DNA of 59,927 nucleotides, counting the filler. It is 9 parts of 9 records of this genome, joined end to end, with 100 filler letters (N's around TTAATTAATTAA, not from the genome) between each part and the next. Parts side by side here need not be neighbours in the genome. Positions count along the whole stretch, not along the records: positions 23,917 to 29,580 come from SRR31156797_26213; positions 29,681 to 35,019 come from SRR31156797_26229; positions 35,120 to 41,931 come from SRR31156797_26236; 6 more parts are not named here. The stretch is one strand, 5' to 3'. The notes under the pieces were generated by a model, which saw only the letters and a program-made list of their open reading frames with translations, was not told where the DNA came from and ran no database searches. Below, piece by piece: positions 28,642 to 39,727 of the stretch. The translations under genes were made by a program, and so were the position numbers. How positions within the stretch are numbered: position 1 is the stretch's first letter; each line of letters begins with the position of its first letter.

Positions 28642-29162
28642 TGTTCATCTATCTGCACCGGCACATTGCACAGTGGTTTATGGGTAAAGATGGCTGAAGG
28701 ATCAATGATAAAACAATTCTCTAAGTCTCTCCTTCCGATCAGGATCTGATAGTTGAAATTGCTTCTGTCCATCAGACTCATTTTAATTTTTTTATGAATG
28801 CCGCTTAAGCAGATCTCCATATTAACAACCGGACGTTCTTCAAGACCTCCGCCTTTGCGCTTTATTTTGATGGTGTCAATTACTTTTTTTTCAACAAAGA
28901 TTTGTTTGGGGTTTGTTTTTTTTGAATTATCCCTCAGCTCAAAACTTACCCATGCCGCTTTCTCTCGATCAAATTTTTTCAGGTTATAGACATTAATTAC
29001 AGACCCCTTTGCGCCGGTATCCATTTTTGCACGCAGTTTTAGATTTCCAGGGTACACACGTATCATTTCAAGCCATCCAATAATTTCCTTGCTTTCAACC
29101 GCCATGGAAAACATAGGCAAAAACAAGAAGGAACAGATTAGTATCAAAATATATTTTTTCAT
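28638..29162 (-). CDS. RimK-associated retropepsin-like protease (putative ATP-dependent zinc protease family)
   Basis: IIGWLE, AKMDTGA, ERPVV and DRSNFNYQILIGR, with a signal peptide. Confidence 0.88.
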   Translation of the reverse strand: MKKYILILICSFLFLPMFSMAVESKEIIGWLEMIRVYPGNLKLRAKMDTGAKGSVINVYNLKKFDREKAAWVSFELRDNSKKTNPKQIFVEKKVIDTIKIKRKGGGLEERPVVNMEICLSGIHKKIKMSLMDRSNFNYQILIGRRDLENCFIIDPSAIFTHKPLCNVPVQIDEQ

Positions 29163-29680
29163 CAATCTTTTTCCTTTGCGAGCCATCTTTATTCATTATA
29201 AATTCGGTCAGAAAATTTTTATGATAATATCTTAATTGATAGGCCTGTAAAAAGTCAGGGAGCCTAAAATGCCCTGGTTTATTTTTATCATTGAATCCCT
29301 GAGGGTTTGTTCAGCATTTTTGCTCAGATCAATTTTTTGTATCCGAGAACGGCTTTTTGACAAGCTTAATGCTATATTTTTGTACCTTTATACAGCCTAT
29401 TTTTTTAGATTGCAAAAAAAACTCGTTGAATGCGTTTTTTCGACGATTCATTATAGACGTAAAAGCAGAGAACTACTGGTTGAGAATAATGGCATTCATG
29501 GCCGTGGCAATATTTTTTTTACGGCTTCCAGAAAATTGGGAGTTGGGACCATTTTCATGAAATTGCAGCCGATTCATCAANNNNNNNNNNNNNNNNNNNN
29601 NNNNNNNNNNNNNNNNNNNNNNNNTTAATTAATTAANNNNNNNNNNNNNNNNNNNNNNNNNNNNNNNNNNNNNNNNNNNN

Positions 29681-29701
29681 TACCAACTGCTCCACCCCGC
29701 A
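29681..29701 (-). tRNA. 5' fragment of initiator tRNA-Met, cut by the contig edge
   Basis: Minus strand TGCGGGGTGGAGCAGTTGGTA matches the tRNA-fMet acceptor and D arm. The anticodon is not visible. Confidence 0.65.
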
Positions 29702-29860
29702 ATATATCTTAAGACTTATATCTTTCTTTTTGCGGTTGCAAAGATAAGAGCCTTTTATTCTAAAACAAAATTTAAATGCAAAATTCCCAACAAATCACTC
29801 AACACACAACTCCTCAGGATTATTTAAGCTTGAAAATCACACACATACATTTGCATTTTT

Positions 29861-30313
29861 TTATTCCAAATTTTGAACAACTTCCTTAACATCTAAAAAA
29901 GCTTCTTCAAGCATGCTCATTTTTGAAAATAGAAATTCAAAATAGGTATTCCATTCATCTTTATTAAAAACAGATGCTTCAGATTTGTGAAAATAAATCA
30001 AACTAACTTCCTTAAAACCATCCATAAAATAATCTTTATCCCACAGAAGATCTTCCCCACAAGTTTCATTTATAACAGTTTTATACTTTTCGAACTTCTC
30101 ATAAACAGAAAATCGTTTGGAATCAAACTTACTATCAATTTGAAGCATTACAAAAGCACCATTCTCATTTAGATCGAACTTTAGCTGAGCTTCTCTCATT
30201 TGAGTTCCTTTCAATACCCATGATGTCATTTTACGACCCTTTTTCTTTGAGTATCTTTTAAATCCATCCCAAAATTCAATTCTGATTTCTCTTTTCTCTT
30301 CTTTTGTATACAT
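29861..30313 (-). CDS. DUF4268 domain protein
   Basis: MYTKEEKREIRIEFWDGF N-terminus typical of Bacteroidota DUF4268. Confidence 0.75.
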   Translation of the reverse strand: MYTKEEKREIRIEFWDGFKRYSKKKGRKMTSWVLKGTQMREAQLKFDLNENGAFVMLQIDSKFDSKRFSVYEKFEKYKTVINETCGEDLLWDKDYFMDGFKEVSLIYFHKSEASVFNKDEWNTYFEFLFSKMSMLEEAFLDVKEVVQNLE

Positions 30314-30442
30314 CTTAATTTCTCTTTGAGCACAAAATTAATCTATCTTACGATTTTGTCCATCTCTTTACATTAATTTAATGCCATTCTTGAGATAAAA
30401 AAATAATCCTATCTTTAAATACTCTAAATAGGGAAATTATAA

Positions 30443-31591
30443 ATGCGTATTTACATTACCACTACATATATTATTAGTCTTTTGAGCTTATTATCTTTTA
30501 GCAACAATTCTTTTTCACAAAAAATACAAAAAGAAAAAGATTCGTTGATTGTTTCTTCATATACCGAGGGACCTCACATTAGATACTCCACAAGTAATCG
30601 TGTAGATATTTTTTACATTCAGCATGATAGTTTAAAAAACAGAACAAGAAAAATTTCCAAATCATTTCGATACAAAAATGACACTATCATTTTTAAAGGC
30701 TTTGTAGGAAAGGACACATCAACCTATATTATTCCAAAAAAAATAAAACCTCACTCTGGAATTTACGAATCTTCAGATAAAATTATAGTCTTAGGAGATA
30801 TTCACGGTCAATATGAATCTCTCCTAAAAATGCTTAGAAATAACGGTGTAATTGACGAAAACAATCAATGGAAATATGGTAAAGGTCGAATTGTTTTCAC
30901 AGGCGATGTATTTGATAGAGGAAGTGAAGTAACCGAATGTTTGTGGTTAATTTTTCAACTGGAAATACAGGCTAAAAAAGCTGGAGGAAACGTACACTAC
31001 ATTATTGGAAATCACGAAATGATGGCACTACTATTTGATGATAGATACGTTGATGATAAATACAAACATGCGGCGCGCCATTTAAAGTATCATTATTCTC
31101 ATTTCTTTGATAAATATTCGGTTTTAGGAAATTGGTTAAGGTCTAAAAATACATTGGTTAGAATAGGCAAACAATTGTTTGTTCATGCAGGAATATCTCC
31201 TCAATTTTTAGCGAAAAAGTTTAAAATTGATGAAGTAAACATGAAAATGAGGTATCATTTAAACAATTATACACAACTTAATGACACAACATTAGTCGAT
31301 TTATTCTTATATTCATATAGTCCTTTGTGGTATCGAGGATATCTAAACAGAACTCCAAACTATGATCGCATAGCATTGGCTGATGTAATAAAAACCTTGG
31401 AATTCTATGATTCAATTGTCATCATATTTGGGCATACTCCAGTTGCAAGAGTATATCCATTTTATTCGTTTAAGCTTATTGCTATGGACGTTCCAATTGG
31501 AGATCCAAGTTTTATAGACCAGGGCTTATTGATTGAGAATCAAAAATATTATCGGATATTTGCACACAAAGAAAAAGAACGATTACAATAA
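30443..31591 (+). CDS. secreted calcineurin-like metallophosphoesterase (Shewanella-like phosphatase type)
   Basis: Signal peptide, GDIHG, GDVFDRG, GNHE, HAG and GHT. Confidence 0.9.
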   Translation: MRIYITTTYIISLLSLLSFSNNSFSQKIQKEKDSLIVSSYTEGPHIRYSTSNRVDIFYIQHDSLKNRTRKISKSFRYKNDTIIFKGFVGKDTSTYIIPKKIKPHSGIYESSDKIIVLGDIHGQYESLLKMLRNNGVIDENNQWKYGKGRIVFTGDVFDRGSEVTECLWLIFQLEIQAKKAGGNVHYIIGNHEMMALLFDDRYVDDKYKHAARHLKYHYSHFFDKYSVLGNWLRSKNTLVRIGKQLFVHAGISPQFLAKKFKIDEVNMKMRYHLNNYTQLNDTTLVDLFLYSYSPLWYRGYLNRTPNYDRIALADVIKTLEFYDSIVIIFGHTPVARVYPFYSFKLIAMDVPIGDPSFIDQGLLIENQKYYRIFAHKEKERLQ

Positions 31592-31603
31592 AGTTGAGAA
31601 AGA

Positions 31604-32284
31604 ATGGAATTACTTACAAATTTAATTAGTACCGTAGGCGTGCCAACAACTGTTATTAACCCAAATGATTTATTGGAGCTTTTACTTCGATTTGGTTTAA
31701 ACCTTATTGTAACCGTATTTGTTATCAATTACGTTTATTTTAGAGCAACAGGAAAAAGAACTTATGTGTTTACCTATATCATGATAAGTACAACAGTGTT
31801 CTTTCTATGTTTCTTATTAGGTAGTATAGATCTGCAATTGGGTTTTGCCCTTGGATTATTTGCCATTTTTGGAATCATCCGCTATCGAACAGATACCATT
31901 CCAATTCGGGAAATGACCTATCTTTTTCTGGTAATTACCATATCAGTTATTAATGCACTAGCAAGAAGAGATGTGAGTCTTGGTGAAATTTTGGTGACAA
32001 ACTTTGCTTTTATGGCTACTACCTGGGTTATGGAAAGAGTTTGGATGCGACGTCACATGGCAAGGCGAACCATAATTTACGACCGAATGGATTTAATTCA
32101 TCCAGGGAAACACCATCTGCTACGAGAAGATATTAAAACCAGAACCGGAATGGAAATCACTCGCTTTAAAATTGGGCAAATCGATTTAGCTAAAAACAGC
32201 ATTCGATTAACTATTTTCTATAAAGATGAAGCAAATACTAACATCCTAACTGATGCCGAGTTAAGCGATAAAGGAATGGAATAA
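31604..32284 (+). CDS. DUF4956 membrane protein
   Basis: LGFALGLFAIFGIIRYRTDTIPIREMTYLF. Confidence 0.88.
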   Translation: MELLTNLISTVGVPTTVINPNDLLELLLRFGLNLIVTVFVINYVYFRATGKRTYVFTYIMISTTVFFLCFLLGSIDLQLGFALGLFAIFGIIRYRTDTIPIREMTYLFLVITISVINALARRDVSLGEILVTNFAFMATTWVMERVWMRRHMARRTIIYDRMDLIHPGKHHLLREDIKTRTGMEITRFKIGQIDLAKNSIRLTIFYKDEANTNILTDAELSDKGME

Positions 32285-32313
32285 TTAAAAAACATCATTA
32301 GTTTCCCACTGCT

Positions 32314-33396
32314 ATGATAACAAAATTAAGATATATATTAACTTCTATATTATGGAGTATTATCCTCTTACACCCTTTAGTTTCAAAAGGAGTTGTAAGT
32401 ATACAAGAAGATTCAATCTACCGTGCACCAAATCTGTTTGAATCTGATTCATTAATAGAACTATCAATAACTACAGACTTAAAAAGTTTGGTAAGAGATA
32501 TTGGTGACAAAAATAAATATCATAAAGCGCGATTATCTTATCATTTAGGAGATTCTATTGTATCCATGACAGTGGATTTAAAAACCAGGGGGAATTTTAG
32601 AAAAGACCGAAGCATCTGTGCTTTTCCTCCAATTCGAATAAAATTTAATAAATCTCAATCGAGCTACTCACTATTTCACAATCAAAAGAAACTGAAAATG
32701 GTTACTCATTGTCAGAATCGCAATTCCAGATATGAGCAAATGATTATTCAGGAATATTTGATTTACAAAGCCTATAATTTATTTACACCTGAAAGCTTTA
32801 GAGTAAGGCTTGCAAAAATAACTTACAAAGACAGTAAGGGACAGGTGGATCCACTTATTAAACATGCCTTTTTTATTGAAGATTTTGAAAAAATGGCTGA
32901 ACGTAATGGAAAAATTGCAAGATATGATTCCAAAGTTCATCAAGATCATACCCTAATAAATAAAGTAACAAAACTGGCAATTTTTCAGTACCTGATTGGA
33001 AACACAGACTGGGGCGTTCCTACTCTTCACAACATCAAGTTAATTAGTAAAACACCCAATTCACGACCAACTCCCGTACCCTATGATTTTGATTGGGCAA
33101 GTTTGGTAAATGCTCCTTATGCCGTTCCCAATCAAAAGTTAGATATCAAATCTATTCATGAAAGATTGTACAGAGGCTATAAAAGATCTGCAAAAGATTT
33201 GGAATATATATTTAGAGAATTCAGAATGAAAAAAGATGTTCTTTACGAGTTGTACACTAACTGTGAATACCTTAGCGACAAAGAAAAGGAACGAGTTTTG
33301 AATTATTTCGATGATTTCTATAAAGTTATCGAAAATCCGAAAAGGATTAAATCTGAATTCATAGACCACGCCAGAACCATTAAATATCAAAAGTAA
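32314..33396 (+). CDS. secreted CotH-like kinase-fold protein
   Basis: KTRGNFR, EYLIYKAY, FFIED, IGNTDW, HNIKL and PVPYDFD parallel the CotH kinase motifs. Confidence 0.65.
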   Translation: MITKLRYILTSILWSIILLHPLVSKGVVSIQEDSIYRAPNLFESDSLIELSITTDLKSLVRDIGDKNKYHKARLSYHLGDSIVSMTVDLKTRGNFRKDRSICAFPPIRIKFNKSQSSYSLFHNQKKLKMVTHCQNRNSRYEQMIIQEYLIYKAYNLFTPESFRVRLAKITYKDSKGQVDPLIKHAFFIEDFEKMAERNGKIARYDSKVHQDHTLINKVTKLAIFQYLIGNTDWGVPTLHNIKLISKTPNSRPTPVPYDFDWASLVNAPYAVPNQKLDIKSIHERLYRGYKRSAKDLEYIFREFRMKKDVLYELYTNCEYLSDKEKERVLNYFDDFYKVIENPKRIKSEFIDHARTIKYQK

Positions 33397-33483
33397 TTCC
33401 TAGCTATATTTGAGTTCATTATTTCAAGTATTTTCGTCGATGAATGTACAATTGGTTTATATTTGTCGAAAATTTGAATTGAC

Positions 33484-34089
33484 ATGAGTAATTTAGCTCT
33501 TTATCTGGAAAAAAATAGAATTGAAGCCGGTTGCGATGAAGCTGGAAGAGGTTGTCTTGCAGGTCCTGTATTTGCCGCGGCAGTAATTTTACCTTCTAAT
33601 TTTTCCAACGATCTACTTAACGATTCTAAAAAATTATCGGAAAAGAAAAGATACATACTTAGGGAGATAATCGAAAAGGAAGCATTAGCGTGGGCTGTTG
33701 GAACTGTTGACCATGAAGAGATCGATCAAATAAATATTTTAAATGCCTCTTTTCTGGCAATGCATCGGGCAGTTGACCGATTAAAAGTTAAACCCGAACA
33801 TTTATTAATTGATGGCAATCGATTCAATCCATATCCAAAAATTGAACATACCTGCATTATAAAAGGCGATGGCAAATTTTTATCCATAGCTGCAGCATCC
33901 ATATTAGCGAAAACTTACCGTGATGACTATATGTTATCCATCCATAAGGAATATTCAAATTACGATTGGAACAGCAACAAGGGATATCCAACAAAAAAAC
34001 ACAGACTCGCCATTCGTGAACATGGAATTACCCCATATCATCGAAAAAGTTTTGGATTACAACCCGATCAAATGGAGTTAAAATTCTAA
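33484..34089 (+). CDS. rnhB: ribonuclease HII
   Basis: [24 protein letters not shown] and [10 protein letters not shown]. Confidence 0.96.
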   Translation: MSNLALYLEKNRIEAGCDEAGRGCLAGPVFAAAVILPSNFSNDLLNDSKKLSEKKRYILREIIEKEALAWAVGTVDHEEIDQINILNASFLAMHRAVDRLKVKPEHLLIDGNRFNPYPKIEHTCIIKGDGKFLSIAAASILAKTYRDDYMLSIHKEYSNYDWNSNKGYPTKKHRLAIREHGITPYHRKSFGLQPDQMELKF

Positions 34090-34353
34090 CAAAAACTTCA
34101 TTAACAATTGATTATGAGTCAAATTTGAACGAGAAAATTAATGTGTTTGTCTAAAAACAGAAAGCGCACAAACTCATAAACAATTGATTTTGTATTATTT
34201 AGATTCTATACTGTTTTTCAACCCCAATCCAGACATTTTAATACATCGAATTAATATTAACTTTGTTTGTCAACAGAATACTTACAAACAATAAATACTT
34301 CCTTAAGTTTTAGCTTAAAACTTTGAGGATCTTTTTAAAATTAAATTACTAAA

Positions 34354-35019
34354 ATGAGAAAATTAGGATCATTAATTTTGGGATTAAGCCTTTTGCTTAG
34401 CTTTTCAAATGTGAAAGCTGACGAAGGAATGTGGCTGTTATCTCTATTGAAAAAAAATGCTGCAGAAATGCAGGAGATGGGATTAAAATTATCTTCTGAA
34501 GATATTTACGACATTAACAATTCAAGTTTAAAAGATGCGATTGTTGGTTTAGGAAGTGAAGGAAGACCATTCCGTCATTTTTGTACTGGTGAAATTATTT
34601 CAGACCAGGGATTATTCTTAACCAACCACCACTGTGGATTTGGTGTTATTCAATCACACTCTACTCCAGAGCACGATTACCTTTCTGATGGTTTTTGGGC
34701 ATATGATAAAAAAGAAGAGTTAACAAATCCTGGAATCACTGCTTCAATTTTGGTGCGCATGAAAGATGTAACCAAAAAAGTTCTTGCTAAGGTTAAAGAT
34801 GATATGACCGAAGAGGAGCGCTACAAAACTATTGAAGAAGCTGCAGTAAAATTGGAAGAAAAAGCAGTTGAAGGAACACATTACAAAGCAAACATTAAAA
34901 GTATGTTCAAGGGAAATCAATATTTCCTTTTCGTATATGAAATCTACAAAGATGTTCGTTTAGTTGGTGCACCTCCTCAATCAATGGGTAAATTTGGTGG
35001 CGATACCGACAACTGGATG
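34354..35019 (+). CDS. S46 family dipeptidyl peptidase, 3' truncated
   Basis: ADEGMWL, TNHHCG and DVRLVGAPPQSMGKFGGDTDNWM. Confidence 0.93.
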
Positions 35020-35119
35020 NNNNNNNNNNNNNNNNNNNNNNNNNNNNNNNNNNNNNNNNNNNNTTAATTAATTAANNNNNNNNNNNNNNNNNNNNNNNNN
35101 NNNNNNNNNNNNNNNNNNN

Positions 35120-35435
35120 TTTTATAGATATTTGAAATATGAACTTCAACTACTGGTAAACTTACAGCACTTAAAGCATCTGCAATGGCAATACTTGTAT
35201 GTGAATATGCAGCTGGATTGATAATGATCCCATCAACTGTTCCTAAACACTCTTGAATCTTATCTACGATTTCACCCTCTAAGTTACTTTGAAAGAACTC
35301 TAACTCCACTCCATTTTGTGAAGCACTCCCTTTCATCTGTTCATGAATTTGATCTAAAGTCATTGGTCCATAAATATTCTTCTCTCTAATTCCAAGCATA
35401 TTTAAATTTGGTCCTTGAATCACTGCTATTTTCAT
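35120..35435 (-). CDS. aroQ: type II 3-dehydroquinate dehydratase, 3' truncated
   Basis: [20 protein letters not shown] and EVHISNIY. Confidence 0.95.
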
Positions 35436-35508
35436 ATATATCCTTCATATAATAATTTTTGGGTATAATATCTAAAAAACGATAAGAGAATCTCAAAAAG
35501 GGGATGGT

Positions 35509-36741
35509 TTGAAGTTGTTAAGTGCCGATTGGCTCTTGGTATGTGATAGTGAGTTTTCAATAATTCAAAATGGTGCTATCGCCTTTGATAAAACGATACA
35601 AGAAGTATCTACTTATGATGACCTAAGAGATCGATATCCAAATGAAGAGTTTGAATACTTAGGTAAAAACTCTGTTTTAATGCCAGGACTTATAAATACC
35701 CATGTACACCTTGAATTTAGTAGTAATAAAACCACTTTAAAATATGGCAACTTCGTAAAATGGCTTTTTTCAGTTATAGCTCATAGAGAAGAGCTTATAG
35801 AAAAAGCAAGTAAAGAGCTTATCGATTCTGAACTACAAAAAATGATCCAAAAAGGAACTACTACAATAGGAGCTATTAGCTCATATGGTTATGATATGGA
35901 ATCTTGTATAGAGTCCCCTATCAATGTGGTATATTTCACTGAAGCACTGGGAAGTAAACAAGAGATGATCGATACTCTCTTTGCTGATTTTAAAGCAAAA
36001 CTTAAAACTGCAACTTCTCATAAAAGTGAAAGCTTTATCCCAGCCGTTGCGATCCACTCACCTTACTCAACCCATCCATTTTTAATACGAGAAGTGTTAA
36101 AGATAGCCAAAGAGAATAAGATGGCAGTCTCAGCTCACTTTTTAGAATCAAAAGCAGAGAATGACTGGCTTAAAAGTAATAGTGGTGAATTTGAAGATTT
36201 TTTTAAAAATATCCTTGATCAAAAACAAGCGATGACAAAAGCCCTTGATTTTTTACTCCAATTTAAAGGGGTCTCTCCACTAAGTTTTACCCACTGCGTG
36301 GAAGCAAATCAAAAAGAGCTTGATACTATTAAAAACTTAGGAGCTTCCATTATCCACTGTCCAAATTCTAATAGACTTCTTAATAATGCCACACTAAACC
36401 TAAGCTATCTTAATAATATCCCTCTTGCAATGGGAACAGATGGATTAAGTTCAAACCACACTTTAAATATGTTTGAAGAGCTTAAAAGTGCTCTTTTTAT
36501 CCATAATAACTTTGAACCAGACCAATTAGCAAAAGAGCTTCTTTTTGCAGCTACTTTAGGTGGAGCAAAAGCTTTGGGTCTAAAAAAAGGGACTTTGCAA
36601 AAAGGGTATGATGCAGATATTATCAGCATCACTTTACCAGATACACTCAATGATCCTGAAGATCTTGCTATGGCTCTTATTCTTCATGCAGAACATACAA
36701 CACACACATTTATAGGGGGAATAGATGAACTTCATAAGTAA
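35509..36741 (+). CDS. amidohydrolase, aminofutalosine deaminase-like (MqnF type)
   Basis: PGLINTHVHLEF, IHSPYS, AHFLES, HCP and GTDG. Located beside mqnE. Confidence 0.8.
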   Translation: MKLLSADWLLVCDSEFSIIQNGAIAFDKTIQEVSTYDDLRDRYPNEEFEYLGKNSVLMPGLINTHVHLEFSSNKTTLKYGNFVKWLFSVIAHREELIEKASKELIDSELQKMIQKGTTTIGAISSYGYDMESCIESPINVVYFTEALGSKQEMIDTLFADFKAKLKTATSHKSESFIPAVAIHSPYSTHPFLIREVLKIAKENKMAVSAHFLESKAENDWLKSNSGEFEDFFKNILDQKQAMTKALDFLLQFKGVSPLSFTHCVEANQKELDTIKNLGASIIHCPNSNRLLNNATLNLSYLNNIPLAMGTDGLSSNHTLNMFEELKSALFIHNNFEPDQLAKELLFAATLGGAKALGLKKGTLQKGYDADIISITLPDTLNDPEDLAMALILHAEHTTHTFIGGIDELHK

Positions 36742-37594
36742 ACTCTTTTGGCCAATTACGGCTCCAATCAAATTTATCCAAGCTCATTTTAAAACTGTTT
36801 TATTTTTAACCATTCTTTATTTTATAGTATTTAATACCGACTCTGATAGTATCAAACAACCAAACCTAGCGATTATTGAACTTAATGGTCCAATCTTTGT
36901 AGTAGATGATATCTTAGAGAAAATAGAAAAAGCAAAAAGCAACGCAAATATCAAAGGGGTACTTTTAAAAGTAAACTCCCCAGGTGGTGCAGTCCCTCCA
37001 TCAGTAGAAGTTGCTTATGCTATAAAAGAGCTAAATCAAATAAAACCAGTAGTAGCATATGCCAGTGGTATTATGGCAAGTGGAAGCTATTATGCTTCAA
37101 TTTGGGCTGAAAAAATCATAGCAAACCCTGGAAGTATGATAGGAAGTATTGGGGTTATTATGCAAACAGTAGATGCAAGTGAGTTGATCGCAAAAATAGG
37201 AATCAAACCACAAGTAGTCAAAGCAGGTGAGTATAAAGAGTCAGGAACACCTACAAGAGCTTGGACACTAAAAGAAAAGCAAGAGCTTGAAAAGATCACT
37301 AATAATACCTATGAGATGTTTATAAAAGATGTGGCAACTGCTAGAAAACTAGATATCAATAATCATAAAAGTTACGCTGATGCACATATTTTCACTTCAA
37401 ATGGTGCTTTACAAGTTGGTCTTATAGATGAAGTTGCTACAATAAGTACAGCAAAAGCAAATGTGGTACATTTAAGTGGTGTTACTACTCCTATTTGGCA
37501 AAAAGAGGATGAGATGGAGAAGTTTATGGAAAAAGTTTTTACAAGTACCATTTCTCAAATAACAAATCAACTTAATGGATTACACGCTTATTAA
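36725..37594 (+). CDS. sppA: signal peptide peptidase SppA (36K type)
   Basis: VNSPGG, MASGSYY, GSIGVI and KAGEYKE. Confidence 0.92.
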   Translation: MNFISKLFWPITAPIKFIQAHFKTVLFLTILYFIVFNTDSDSIKQPNLAIIELNGPIFVVDDILEKIEKAKSNANIKGVLLKVNSPGGAVPPSVEVAYAIKELNQIKPVVAYASGIMASGSYYASIWAEKIIANPGSMIGSIGVIMQTVDASELIAKIGIKPQVVKAGEYKESGTPTRAWTLKEKQELEKITNNTYEMFIKDVATARKLDINNHKSYADAHIFTSNGALQVGLIDEVATISTAKANVVHLSGVTTPIWQKEDEMEKFMEKVFTSTISQITNQLNGLHAY

Positions 37595-37609
37595 CTAAGA
37601 GAAAAGAAG

Positions 37610-37810
37610 ATGGATGAACTAATTGTTACACGAGATGAATTAAAACAACTATTCCAAGAAAATATACTACAAGACACTCCAAAAGGATGGTTTTATAAAG
37701 ATGTTGAGATAGATATCATAGCGATTCATCAACAAGAGACAAAACTTATCCCTGATGTAACAAAAGCAGAAAACTATAAACTAAAAAGAAAAGAGAGATT
37801 ATATCGATAA
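37610..37810 (+). CDS. small hypothetical protein
   Basis: 66-aa ORF tightly packed in the operon between sppA and mqnE. Confidence 0.6.
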   Translation: MDELIVTRDELKQLFQENILQDTPKGWFYKDVEIDIIAIHQQETKLIPDVTKAENYKLKRKERLYR

Positions 37811-37812
37811 CT

Positions 37813-38865
37813 ATGACAATAGAGCAAAAGATCCATAATAATATTCAATTAAATCAAGAAGAAGCCTTATCACTCTATGACTGGGATCTTATAGAGTTAG
37901 GAAAGCTTGCTTCAAAAATACGGTTCGATAAATTTCAAAAGAAAACCTACTACAATATCAATAGACATATAAACCCAACCAATATCTGCAAAGATGTATG
38001 CCAGTTTTGTGCCTATAGTGCTAGTAGAAAAAACCCAAACCAATATACTATGAGTCATGAAGAGATCCTAGATACTGTAGATACTAGTGTCAAAAATGGG
38101 ATCAAAGAGGTACATATAGTCTCAGCCCACAATCCAAACACTGGACTTGAATGGTATCTTGAAATCTTCCAAAAGATCAAACAAAAACACCCACACCTAC
38201 ATGTAAAAGCCTTAACTGCAGCAGAGATTCACTTTTTAGCTGAGGAATACAACAAAGACTATAATGAGATCATTGATATGATGATAGCTTATGGAGTTGA
38301 TTCTATGCCAGGTGGTGGAGCAGAGATCTTTGATGAGGGAGTAAGAAAAAAAGTCTGTGGAGGGAAAGTCACAACGGAACAGTGGCTAGAGATCCATAAA
38401 CTTTGGCATCAAAGAGGAAAAAAATCTAATGCAACCATGCTTTTTGGACATATAGAATCAAGAGAACATAGAATCGATCATATGATCAGACTTCGAGAAC
38501 TTCAAAATGAAACTGGTGGATTTAATGCCTTTATCCCACTTGTATACCAAAAAGAGAATAACTTCTTAAAAGTCACAGAGTTTCCAACCGCGCAGGAGAT
38601 CCTAAAAACCTTTGCAATAGCTAGAATCATCCTAGAAAATATCCCAAGCCTCAAAGCATACTGGGTAACTTCTACGATAAAACTAGCCCTTTTAGCCCAA
38701 GAGTTTGGAGCAAATGATCTAGATGGAACCATAGAAAAAGAATCGATCCAAAGTGCAGCAGGAGCACAAAGTGCCAATGGGATGGAGCAAAGTAAATTTA
38801 TAGAACTTATCAAAAACAGTGGCTTTGAACCAGTTGAGAGGGATAGCTTATATAATGAAATCTAA
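37813..38865 (+). CDS. mqnE: aminofutalosine synthase (radical SAM)
   Basis: NRHINPTNICKDVCQFCAY, SMPGGGAEIF, KAYW and FGANDLDGT. Confidence 0.9.
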   Translation: MTIEQKIHNNIQLNQEEALSLYDWDLIELGKLASKIRFDKFQKKTYYNINRHINPTNICKDVCQFCAYSASRKNPNQYTMSHEEILDTVDTSVKNGIKEVHIVSAHNPNTGLEWYLEIFQKIKQKHPHLHVKALTAAEIHFLAEEYNKDYNEIIDMMIAYGVDSMPGGGAEIFDEGVRKKVCGGKVTTEQWLEIHKLWHQRGKKSNATMLFGHIESREHRIDHMIRLRELQNETGGFNAFIPLVYQKENNFLKVTEFPTAQEILKTFAIARIILENIPSLKAYWVTSTIKLALLAQEFGANDLDGTIEKESIQSAAGAQSANGMEQSKFIELIKNSGFEPVERDSLYNEI

Positions 38866-38936
38866 TTTCAATCCATTATTGATTTTTATAAAAAAAATAG
38901 CTATTATACACCAACTATAGCCTAAAGGGAAACCGT

Positions 38937-39302
38937 ATGGAAAACAATTATAATCCACTAAATGATGAAGAGAAAAGAGTTATTTTACGTAAAGGGACAG
39001 AGATGCCTTTTACTGGAGCACTTTTAGATAATAAAGAAGATGGTACCTATCTTTGTAGACAATGTAATACTCCACTTTTTTCATCATCAGCAAAATTTGA
39101 TAGTGGAAGTGGATGGCCAAGTTTTGATGATATCATCGATTCAAACGTAAAAGAGATCCCAGATAGTGATGGAAGAAGAGTTGAAATCGTATGTAGCAAG
39201 TGTGGAGGGCACTTAGGTCATGTGTTTGAAGGGGAAGGCTTTACTTCTAAAAACACAAGACATTGTGTAAACTCTGTATCATTAAGCTTTCAAAAGAATT
39301 AA
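38937..39302 (+). CDS. msrB: methionine-R-sulfoxide reductase
   Basis: KFDSGSGWPSF, CGGHLGHVF and RHCVNS. Confidence 0.95.
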   Translation: MENNYNPLNDEEKRVILRKGTEMPFTGALLDNKEDGTYLCRQCNTPLFSSSAKFDSGSGWPSFDDIIDSNVKEIPDSDGRRVEIVCSKCGGHLGHVFEGEGFTSKNTRHCVNSVSLSFQKN

Positions 39303-39634
39303 AGGAGTTTACCATCGAAATAAAATTTTTATATATTAAAAATTATTTATCTCTTTCAAGAAGAGATAAACTAGACTTTTTTAAACTCACTGGGAGATTT
39401 GAAAATTTTCGTATCGTAAATCAAAAAGTGGTCTTAAGTGATAGCTCTTTACTTCTAGAGTTTTCACCAAGTTCTGATATAGAAAAAGCAAAAGAGCATA
39501 TTGATAAGTTTATTACGAAAAAAGAGTATGATGGGGTGGAAACAAAGATTTTAAAAGAGATTGTTTTAAGTAAGGATCAGATTCATTTGATTTTTAGTAA
39601 TAATGAGCATAGGAAGGTGCAGATAAAGGTATAA
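39263..39634 (+). CDS. hypothetical protein (start uncertain)
   Basis: 123-aa ORF with host-like codon usage, overlapping the end of msrB. Confidence 0.45.
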   Translation: MCKLCIIKLSKELKEFTIEIKFLYIKNYLSLSRRDKLDFFKLTGRFENFRIVNQKVVLSDSSLLLEFSPSSDIEKAKEHIDKFITKKEYDGVETKILKEIVLSKDQIHLIFSNNEHRKVQIKV

Positions 39635-39671
39635 ATCGCCAATTCGTATAAATAAGTGTAAGCTCTCAAAT

Positions 39672-39701
39672 AAAAAAGCCCCACTAAAAGATGAGGCTTT
39701 C
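39672..39701. terminator. probable bidirectional terminator
   Basis: AAAAAAGCCCCA...TGAGGCTTT hairpin between convergent genes. Confidence 0.5.
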
Positions 39702-39727
39702 ACATATATCAAATAAACATCCTATTT

